A DNA stretch of 35,729 nucleotides from an uncultured virus (IMG/VR IMGVR_UViG_3300022178_000001) (IMGVR_UViG_3300022178_000001), one strand, 5' to 3'. Positions 28,808 to 35,125 are shown, numbered from the stretch's first letter. The notes: a model not told the origin generated them from the sequence alone. Program-made: numbers and translations.

Positions 28808-28846
28808 TATATATAGATAGAAAGAAAAATTAAAGGATATAAAATC

Positions 28847-29041
28847 ATGACAAAATATACACTCTGGAGTGAGGTACAACGCGCTGATTTCTTGCCAGAA
28901 GACGGCAAGAGCTATCGCAAAATCGGGCAATATGTTGTTGCCTGTTCATTCGATGCTATAGATGCGGCCGCGGTCGCTGGCTACAATGTCAAGGCAGGCG
29001 ATAAAATATCGCTGGCTAACGGCTTCGAGATTACGCTATGA
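28847..29041 (+). CDS. Hypothetical pre-early protein
   Basis: 64 aa with AAGGA RBS. Confidence 0.7.
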   Translation: MTKYTLWSEVQRADFLPEDGKSYRKIGQYVVACSFDAIDAAAVAGYNVKAGDKISLANGFEITL

Positions 29042-29148
29042 TAGCTGAAGCCGCTGTTCAAGCAGGCTTCGGTATTCTTGGCATGATAATTGCCTTTGCA
29101 ATTATCTTGCCACTTGCAGGGTTACTCCTGCTCAACCTTATACCTTAA
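29038..29148 (+). CDS. 36-aa membrane peptide
   Basis: MIAEAAVQAGFGILGMIIAFAIILPLAGLLLLNLIP; ATGA overlap with upstream gene. Confidence 0.55.
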   Translation: MIAEAAVQAGFGILGMIIAFAIILPLAGLLLLNLIP

Positions 29149-29185
29149 TCGCATATCGTTATGCTATTTCGGTATATAAAAAGAC

Positions 29186-29214
29186 TGGACAATTACAGGA
29201 TACCCCTGTAAAAT
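29186..29214 (+). promoter_or_regulatory. Sigma70 promoter with overlapping palindrome, upstream of A2-like gene
   Basis: TGGACA-17 bp-TAAAAT; TTACAGG-N5-CCTGTAA at 29193-29211. Confidence 0.65.
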
Positions 29215-29260
29215 CCTACCCATGCAATCAAGCATAACACTACTAGAAAGGAAATAAATT

Positions 29261-29557
29261 ATGTCTACTTACACTGATAAAATGGTCAAGCGAATGCGCG
29301 ATATGGCCCCGCTTGATCTTGATAAGGCTAAAAAACTTGCCGACGAATTCGGTTCTGTATCTTATCGCTCTATCATCGCAAAGGCTAAAAGCGAGGGCGT
29401 TGACTATATCGCTAAAGCTCCTGCTTCAAAGCGGCCCAAAGGCCCAACCAAGCGCGAGCTAGTTGGTGCTATCGAAAAGTCTCTTGGACTGCCTCAGTCA
29501 GATCGAGAAAACTTAACGGTTGACGCTCTTAACATGGTTTTAGCTAATCTTGGATAA
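29261..29557 (+). CDS. T5 A2-like DNA-binding protein
   Basis: LA.EFG..SYRSIIAKA...Y..K...G.TK..LV..I resembles recalled T5 A2 (IAKAVG..SPVSVRSKL..AY.K...RK...VR.I); pre-early context. Confidence 0.65.
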   Translation: MSTYTDKMVKRMRDMAPLDLDKAKKLADEFGSVSYRSIIAKAKSEGVDYIAKAPASKRPKGPTKRELVGAIEKSLGLPQSDRENLTVDALNMVLANLG

Positions 29558-29756
29558 GATCGCAATAGGTTGCGGTTGGATTGGGGCGGCTTGTATGTCA
29601 GTCGCCCCTTTCATTATCGACACGCCAGCAGGTAAGGCTCTGGCAATTGTAGGGCTTGGACTCTTAACGGTGCAGGCTATTTGCAACCGGACAATAAATC
29701 TGGTATGCTTAAATCTCATTTCAATACTTGGATTTTCTTATGCACTTTATTTTTGA
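29550..29756 (+). CDS. Small multi-TM membrane protein
   Basis: 68 aa, 2-3 hydrophobic stretches, overlaps both neighbours. Confidence 0.6.
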   Translation: MDKIAIGCGWIGAACMSVAPFIIDTPAGKALAIVGLGLLTVQAICNRTINLVCLNLISILGFSYALYF

Positions 29757-30201
29757 TTTAGATGAAACGGTTATCGACTCAAGCCACCGCCAAGGTGAAA
29801 CGCTTGCGGAATGGATAGCCTTAAACACTCCCGAAAATGTGGCTAAGGATACGCTTTTGCCTCTGGCCGACCAGATGCAAAAAGTTTATGATGCTGGTCA
29901 CACCGTGACGGTTTGCACTAGCAGGGTATTATCTGACCACGATTTTGATAGCTTTCGAGCCTTGGGATTACGATTCGATAACATGCTTTCACGCAGTCTA
30001 TTAGATGGCAATGAAAACCCAGGATCTCTAAAATTGAGATTGTTGCAAGGCCTTGCAAAACGTCAAGGTATATCATGGGCGCGCTTTTGTCGAACGGCTA
30101 TGATGTTCGATGATAATCAAGACGTTATTGATACGCTAAAAAACAATAGCCTCCGCGTTATTAATCCGGTAAACTACAACTCACGAAATAAGGCGGTATA
30201 A
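29740..30201 (+). CDS. dmp: HAD-family deoxynucleoside-5'-monophosphatase (T5 Dmp-like)
   Basis: FDLDETVIDSSHR, DTLLPL, VCTSR, K, MFDDN; matches recalled T5 Dmp (WDLDGTIINSFHR, DTLLPL, ICTAR). Confidence 0.8.
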   Translation: MHFIFDLDETVIDSSHRQGETLAEWIALNTPENVAKDTLLPLADQMQKVYDAGHTVTVCTSRVLSDHDFDSFRALGLRFDNMLSRSLLDGNENPGSLKLRLLQGLAKRQGISWARFCRTAMMFDDNQDVIDTLKNNSLRVINPVNYNSRNKAV

Positions 30202-30205
30202 AAAA

Positions 30206-30937
30206 ATGACTAAACAATATTTTGCTACAATCGACAGCGAGACAACTCAAAACGAAAAAGTTGCGGATTTTGCTTGCGTTATCACCGACCGGAAAGGCCG
30301 CATTCATGCACAGTGCGCTGTTTTGGTTGACGGTATTTTTACCGATTCCGAAAATCATCCGCTCTTTTTTGATAAATCAGCGCCTCGCGATGCTCTATGG
30401 TCTAAGGCTTCGGCGGATCGTCGTTATGCCAAATATTCTAAAATGGTCGCAGATGGCTCGCGGATGGTCGCCTCGGTCGCGGCGATTAATCGCTGGCTTG
30501 AACGTGCCGTCGGAAAATATGACCCGATTTTAACCGCGTATAATCTTGCTTTCGATGCTGGCAAAATGTCAAATACTGGCATTGATCATACTATTTTTTC
30601 TCGCCGCTTTTGCCTCTGGCAGACGGCTTGCGTTAAATGGGCTTCAACAAATCAATACAAGAATTTTGTGATGCAAAACCATGCCTTTAATGCGCCCACA
30701 AAATTCGGCAACATGACCTATAAAACCAATGCCGAGGTGATGGCGCGATTCGTTACAGGTCAAGACTTGCCAGATGAACCCCACACGGCGTTGGAAGATA
30801 TTATCGATTATGAATTGCCAATTTTAAATGCGCTGGTAAAGCGCGGCAAAATGCAAGATATTATCGATTCGGGTGTGGGCTATAGCTGGAGAGATTACCA
30901 AGCAAAAAATCATTTTACTGCAAAAAAGGTTGCATGA
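30206..30937 (+). CDS. DEDDh 3'-5' exonuclease
   Basis: ExoI IDSETT, ExoII AYNLAFD, ExoIII HTALED. Confidence 0.88.
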   Translation: MTKQYFATIDSETTQNEKVADFACVITDRKGRIHAQCAVLVDGIFTDSENHPLFFDKSAPRDALWSKASADRRYAKYSKMVADGSRMVASVAAINRWLERAVGKYDPILTAYNLAFDAGKMSNTGIDHTIFSRRFCLWQTACVKWASTNQYKNFVMQNHAFNAPTKFGNMTYKTNAEVMARFVTGQDLPDEPHTALEDIIDYELPILNALVKRGKMQDIIDSGVGYSWRDYQAKNHFTAKKVA

Positions 30938-30938
30938 T

Positions 30939-31046
30939 ATGAAAACGAAAATTCTAGCACTTGCGTTTAAACTTTATATTGCCTATTCCATCACCGCCGA
31001 TTTTCTGTTAATCTGTGGCATTATCTACTTAATCATTGGGGCTTAA
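30939..31046 (+). CDS. 35-aa membrane peptide
   Basis: MKTKILALAFKLYIAYSITADFLLICGIIYLIIGA; AAGGT RBS; exactly fills the intergenic gap. Confidence 0.6.
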   Translation: MKTKILALAFKLYIAYSITADFLLICGIIYLIIGA

Positions 31047-31047
31047 C

Positions 31048-31662
31048 ATGAATCAAATTGAGACTTTACAGGCTGAGTTAAATGAGATTGTCGAAGGGTT
31101 GACAGGGCCGGTTGCGGTTCTGTTAGAAGGGCGCGACACTGCCGGAAAATCCAGCACGATTCGCGAGGCCACGCATTATTTGCCCATGAATCGCTTTTCT
31201 GTTCATTTGAGCAAAAAGCCTAGCAAGCGCACCATGAAAAATTGGCTTGCTTATTGGGCGCACAAAATGCCACGCGGAAATCAAATCGTTTTTTATGATC
31301 GCTCATGGTATTCTCGGGCGATGGTTCAGCGCTTGAATGGCTGGTGCTCACCTAAGCAATACGACAATTTTATCAAATCACACAAAATCTGGGAACGTGA
31401 TCAGAATGTCACTATGATAAAAATGTGGTTATCGATTACTGAAGCTGAACAACACCGGCGAATTGAAAAGCGCAAAAAATCACCCTTGACCTATTGGAAA
31501 TTTTCGCCCAATGATGAGCGCGCGCTTTCCTACTATGATGAGATGACCGCGCTTAAAAATGCTTGCATCGATGACGATTGGATTCATGTTGACTACAATA
31601 ATAAAAAGACTGGTATTGAGAATTTTTTGCGAGAATTAATATTTGCATTAGGAGAACAATAA
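31048..31662 (+). CDS. ppk2: Polyphosphate kinase 2
   Basis: Walker A EGRDTAGK, Walker B YDRSWY, KMWLSI...EQ..R, PL..WKFSP.D. Confidence 0.93.
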   Translation: MNQIETLQAELNEIVEGLTGPVAVLLEGRDTAGKSSTIREATHYLPMNRFSVHLSKKPSKRTMKNWLAYWAHKMPRGNQIVFYDRSWYSRAMVQRLNGWCSPKQYDNFIKSHKIWERDQNVTMIKMWLSITEAEQHRRIEKRKKSPLTYWKFSPNDERALSYYDEMTALKNACIDDDWIHVDYNNKKTGIENFLRELIFALGEQ

Positions 31663-31671
31663 TCGTGCCAA
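31655..31671 (-). promoter_or_regulatory. Third, convergent sigma54-like motif
   Basis: AAAAGTTGGCACG shared with motifs 1 and 2; -12 element is GT instead of GC. Confidence 0.5.
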
Positions 31672-31680
31672 CTTTTTCCG

Positions 31681-31736
31681 CGTTTCACGTGAAACATTTT
31701 TTAGCGTCAAAATTTTGGCGCGTTTCACGTGAAACA
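31681..31736. promoter_or_regulatory. Two parS-consensus palindromes
   Basis: CGTTTCACGTGAAACA at 31681-31696 and 31721-31736; each 15/16 to TGTTTCACGTGAAACA. Confidence 0.75.
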
Positions 31737-31796
31737 TTTTTTGTGAAAAAAACGAAAAAAAGCTTGACATGCCGAAAATTTCGGCGCGGGGGCGCC

Positions 31797-32042
31797 AGTG
31801 CGAAAGCGAAGTGCAAATCCGATTGGTGTTACGCTCTTGCGGGTCCGAGTACGGGTGTGAGAACCTTAGTCTCCGCACACGATTGCGAAAATTTCTTTTT
31901 GATTTTCAGCGCCGGACCGAAAGTGAAAAAGCGATTTATATTTGACCCCGTGCGCCGTTCCACGAGTGCAAAAACGAAGTGTAAAAGCTACCGCGCGGGG
32001 ATGTGGCAAACCGAACTTAATTTGACTTAATTGAACTTAATT
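31797..32042. repeat. Injection-stop-like repeat region: five 13-bp and three 10-bp repeats
   Basis: AGTGCGAAAGCGA-like units at 31797, 31810, 31922, 31965, 31978; (GA/TG)ACTTAATT x3 at 32013-32042. Confidence 0.75.
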
Positions 32043-32102
32043 GAAGCAAATAGCCCCCAACCCCGCTCGCCCCGAGCATGAACACGGACTCCCAGTAGGT
32101 AC

Positions 32103-32131
32103 ATTATAGCGGGTTTTGCAGCAAATTGCAA
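32103..32131 (-). promoter_or_regulatory. Leftward sigma70 promoter into the repeat region
   Basis: TTGCAA-17 bp-TATAAT. Confidence 0.65.
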
Positions 32132-32293
32132 GAGATTTATGGTGGGCAGGGGACAAAAAGACCCCGTACGGGGTTACACTTAATTTGAAAAAATTTTGCG
32201 CCGAGTCTGCAAATAATTCTTGACCCCGAAAGGGCAAGAGCGGCCCCCGGGAATTAATTTGCGTCTTTTTATGACCAAAAGAGAAGTAAATAT

Positions 32294-32347
32294 TTGACAA
32301 CCCAAACAAAAGGTATTATAATATATCCCATGTTAAGGAGAATTATA
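32294..32347 (+). promoter_or_regulatory. Early sigma70 promoter/RBS cassette copy 1
   Basis: TTGACA-17-TATAAT...TAAGGAG; 32304-32347 identical to 32630-32673. Confidence 0.9.
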
Positions 32348-32544
32348 TGTGTAAAAATGAGATAAAATACTTCCGACCAGCAGGGTGGGACTATAAAGAA
32401 ACTACAGTTAAGTGCGGTCGTACCGATTTCTTTGGGGATAAGCGTCTGTGTGATAGCTGTATTGATTTGGCTAGAAGCCAGCATGAATATGATATGGAAG
32501 CTGATAATGCTTGGCTCCGCTCTGCGGGCTGGGGAGAACTATGA
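32347..32544 (+). CDS. Small Cys-containing hypothetical protein
   Basis: 65 aa, strong RBS, four Cys including CDSC. Confidence 0.75.
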   Translation: MCKNEIKYFRPAGWDYKETTVKCGRTDFFGDKRLCDSCIDLARSQHEYDMEADNAWLRSAGWGEL

Positions 32545-32612
32545 TTACCAGTTTTGATTTCTGGAAAGTTGTGACCATATTAATTGGGCTAATATATTTC
32601 ATTGTAGGGTAA
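32541..32612 (+). CDS. 23-aa membrane peptide
   Basis: MITSFDFWKVVTILIGLIYFIVG; GGGGAG RBS, ATGA overlap. Confidence 0.5.
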   Translation: MITSFDFWKVVTILIGLIYFIVG

Positions 32613-32619
32613 AAAGTTG

Positions 32620-32673
32620 TTGACTCTAAAAACAAAAGGTATTATAATATATCCCATGTTAAGGAGAATTATA
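32620..32673 (+). promoter_or_regulatory. Early sigma70 promoter/RBS cassette copy 2
   Basis: TTGACT-17-TATAAT...TAAGGAG. Confidence 0.9.
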
Positions 32674-32674
32674 G

Positions 32675-32839
32675 ATGAAACCAGGAACTTTTCGTAGCTG
32701 GTTGGAGCGTAAGTGGCAAGAACATATTGATGAAGTTGATATGTTTGAGGGTACAATGCCCAACTACAGTAAAAAATGTTACTTTAATAAATACAAGTAT
32801 TGGTTGGTTCGTGAATTTAAGCATGAGATAGGGAGATAA
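32675..32839 (+). CDS. 54-aa aromatic-rich phage protein
   Basis: MKPGTFRSWLERKWQEH...YFNKYKYWLVREFKHEIGR behind promoter and RBS. Confidence 0.75.
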   Translation: MKPGTFRSWLERKWQEHIDEVDMFEGTMPNYSKKCYFNKYKYWLVREFKHEIGR

Positions 32840-32840
32840 T

Positions 32841-33281
32841 ATGAATACAATGGACAAGATGGATTTGTGTTTATTAACTATTGATGTAGTTAACGATTAC
32901 TTCCAAAAAAGCGTAGATAGATGGCAGAAAGAACAACAGTTCGAAGTGCCTCGCATTAATTTAGCAATATCTGAAATGGATGCTGATAGATATGCAGAGC
33001 TAGATACAGTAGATGCATTTCACGAATATACAGTTACACTGAATAAGTTGTGGATGCTTGAGAAAGATTTAGACACAGAACTTCTAGTAGGTATTGTAGC
33101 GCATGAATGTGTACATGCCTTCCAACTAACTAGAGAAGCTATAGAAGAGTTTCCTAGTAGTGGTAAAAGTGGTAATCCTTATTGGTTTTGTGAGTATGAG
33201 ATAGAGGCACGTGGGTATGAGAGAGCATTCGTATGGTTAGTAAATAAAAAAGTTAAGAAGCTTAGAAAAAAAAGTTCTTGA
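32841..33281 (+). CDS. Zincin-like (HExxH) metallopeptidase
   Basis: IVAHECVH...Q...PYW...YEIEAR. Confidence 0.75.
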   Translation: MNTMDKMDLCLLTIDVVNDYFQKSVDRWQKEQQFEVPRINLAISEMDADRYAELDTVDAFHEYTVTLNKLWMLEKDLDTELLVGIVAHECVHAFQLTREAIEEFPSSGKSGNPYWFCEYEIEARGYERAFVWLVNKKVKKLRKKSS

Positions 33282-33306
33282 CATTTAACTAAAATGCTAC
33301 TATAAT
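33278..33306 (+). promoter_or_regulatory. Sigma70 promoter
   Basis: TTGACA-17-TATAAT. Confidence 0.88.
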
Positions 33307-33348
33307 AGTTTACATAAATTAAAGAAAAAACAAAAAACAAGGAATTTT

Positions 33349-33648
33349 ATGATGAGTAATTACACAGTAGAGCAAGTTGAAGAAATGGTAGCAGCATATA
33401 GCGAGAACCCTTCACGAGAAACAGTTTCTTTCTTCGCAGAGAAATTTGAAAAGACAGACCGCAGTATCATTGCTAAGTTAGCACGAGAAGGCGTATATCA
33501 AGCACAAGTTGCTGTAAAAAAGACTAGTGGAGTAACTAAAGACTCTTTAGTACAAACTATTGAAGCTCAATTAGGTGTAGAACTGCCTTCACTAACAAAA
33601 GCTTCCAAAGTAGATTTAGAGGCCTTGGTACTTTCCATTGGTAACTAA
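33349..33648 (+). CDS. Second A2-like protein (paralogue of 29261-29557)
   Basis: Shares MS.YT...V..M, RSIIAK...EGV, G.TK..LV..IE..LG with the first copy. Confidence 0.7.
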   Translation: MMSNYTVEQVEEMVAAYSENPSRETVSFFAEKFEKTDRSIIAKLAREGVYQAQVAVKKTSGVTKDSLVQTIEAQLGVELPSLTKASKVDLEALVLSIGN

Positions 33649-33949
33649 GCTTAGAAAATCTACTTCTCTAAAGAGCTTTGACCTAGAGGAAGCTGTACGT
33701 CAGAAAGGCTACGGCTTCCAAATAGAGTTTGAGGGAGATATTGACTCCTCGGAGCATCATGCAAGAGATACCATTGTGTCAAACGTATGCTTTTGGAGTA
33801 ACATACCTCAGTTTGATTTAGAGCAGTTAGCATATAAGGCTCCTAGCCAGATGGGAAACCTCTCTAGAGTGCATTGTAAGGTGTTATCAGTATGGGATCG
33901 GCCCTCGGTTCAGTATATTGTGATCAATACATGGAAAAAGGAACTGTAA
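33638..33949 (+). CDS. Hypothetical protein
   Basis: 103-aa ORF coupled to both neighbours. Confidence 0.6.
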   Translation: MVTKLRKSTSLKSFDLEEAVRQKGYGFQIEFEGDIDSSEHHARDTIVSNVCFWSNIPQFDLEQLAYKAPSQMGNLSRVHCKVLSVWDRPSVQYIVINTWKKEL

Positions 33950-34188
33950 TGGAAAGACAGTGGGAAATTAGAGTTATTGAAGAAGACGGGATACTATCTC
34001 TTCGAGAGATAACTTTTCATCTAGGGCAGCCATATATGGTAGCTACTAAACAGTCTCAATGTTTTTTGACTATTGGAGAATCTGAAGGAACATGGAGATC
34101 ACTTATAAAGAAAGCTTGTGAGCTTCCGACTATCGCATACCCTTTTAATGAGTTTGTACAGTTAGATCTTTTTGACAGCAGAGGCTAA
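33949..34188 (+). CDS. Hypothetical protein
   Basis: ATG 33949 (TAATG overlap, AAGGA RBS), MERQWEIRV...; 79 aa. Confidence 0.65.
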   Translation: MERQWEIRVIEEDGILSLREITFHLGQPYMVATKQSQCFLTIGESEGTWRSLIKKACELPTIAYPFNEFVQLDLFDSRG

Positions 34189-34356
34189 GGCCTCGGGGAG
34201 TAGCGGGCCGCCTCACAAAAAAGGGCCTCGCACTAATATTTATATAAATCATATATCCACATATGCTTTATATAAGTAAGTAGTGTTACTGCTCAGTTTT
34301 AGGCCAGGTTTCTGAATATCAAAAAACCTCCAACAAATTAAATAAGGAGAAGCTTA

Positions 34357-34575
34357 ATGGCTGTTAAATTTAAACCAAATGAAATTATTCTGGATAGAGC
34401 TACGAAAGTAAAGACAAAGAAAGTTTTTCCTATAGCAGGAGTTAAAGCTTCTGAGCTCCTAGAACTATGTGCAAAACCTGAATCTGACTTACGAAGAGGG
34501 GAACGAAAAACCCGAGCAAAAGCACGAGTAGAACTAGCAAAACGAGGTATTGATTTCTCTAGGTCTGTAGTGTAA
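34357..34575 (+). CDS. Small basic hypothetical protein
   Basis: 72 aa, TAAGGAG RBS. Confidence 0.75.
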   Translation: MAVKFKPNEIILDRATKVKTKKVFPIAGVKASELLELCAKPESDLRRGERKTRAKARVELAKRGIDFSRSVV

Positions 34576-34634
34576 CTACGTGAACACGCTAGTTTCCAAA
34601 ACTAGAAATTGCGGTGCAACCCCGTACGGACCTG
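34561..34634 (+). tRNA. tRNA-Trp (anticodon CCA), 3' CCA not encoded
   Basis: Acceptor AGGTCTG/CGGACCT, D stem GTGT/ACAC, anticodon stem CTAGT/ACTAG with loop TTCCAAA, T stem TGCGG/CCGTA; A1-U72 and G73 Trp identity elements. Confidence 0.85.
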
Positions 34635-34673
34635 CCTATTTTTTAATTTTTTAACCTTTGGTTAAAATATTTC

Positions 34674-34702
34674 TTGACAAATATGGTTAGTCGAAGTATA
34701 AT
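34674..34702 (+). promoter_or_regulatory. Sigma70 promoter for ncRNA
   Basis: TTGACA-17-TATAAT. Confidence 0.88.
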
Positions 34703-34708
34703 ATATAC

Positions 34709-35085
34709 TTATTCAAAAGATAGTTCCATGCCTGAAATATGGTTGGATGGTCACTCGGAAGACTATAAAAACCGTATCTTGTTTATGGGCTTTATAAACA
34801 GGACGTCTGCCCCTTAAGGATTGGGGACTCGATAATGTATTAATCCCTAAGTCTTGCAGGACACTTTGAGTCCCTAAGGAGTTATGCATCACTGGAAACC
34901 TCCTACAATTAAAAAAGTTCCGGGTGGGTTACTCCTATTATAGCCCTACCAAGTGTGACGGGAGTAGCAAGTATGATCGTAGGATGGGGTTCATACAACC
35001 CTCTCGTAAAGAGAGGAGATAGACTCGATAAATTGCTAGTAATTGCTAAGAGTCTTTAAAACAATAGCTCATTGAACTATGTTTA
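34709..35085 (+). ncRNA. Large structured non-coding RNA, family unrecognised
   Basis: Own promoter and terminator, no ORF of 60 aa or more, end-to-end helix, at least seven internal stems, two loop-mediated long-range pairings. Confidence 0.75.
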
Positions 35086-35086
35086 T

Positions 35087-35125
35087 GGCCCTCACTGGAG
35101 TTTTCTCCTCTGAGGGTCTTTTTTT
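35087..35125 (+). terminator. Intrinsic terminator
   Basis: GGCCCTCA-ct-GGAG-TTTT-CTCC-tc-TGAGGGTC followed by T7. Confidence 0.9.

Noticed and set aside
31679..32042. Repeats as a CRISPR mini-array
   Set aside because: Only two 24-bp copies with a 16-bp gap, other repeats are degenerate, and no cas genes are present
32144..32151. KOPS-like GGGCAGGG
   Set aside because: A single 8-mer; roughly one is expected by chance in this window
31648..32309. ORFs 31665-32030, 31648-31878 and 32037-32309
   Set aside because: Apparent peptide repeats only mirror DNA repeats; no convincing RBS
34253..34261. DnaA-box-like ATATCCACA
   Set aside because: Isolated 8/9 match with no cluster
34728..34943. 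Short ORFs MPEIWLDG... (29 aa) and MHHWKPPT... (19 aa) inside the ncRNA
   Set aside because: The first lacks an RBS; the second has TAAGGAG only 2 nt from the ATG and buried in stems
34709..35085. ncRNA as tmRNA, RNase P RNA, group I intron or retron msr-msd
   Set aside because: No tRNA-like ends or LAA tag, and no GAGGAAAGUCC/P4 pairing. Group I-like words (AAAUUGCUAG, GAACUA/UAGUUC) are in permuted order and lack P6. No RT in the window. A degenerate relationship is not excluded.
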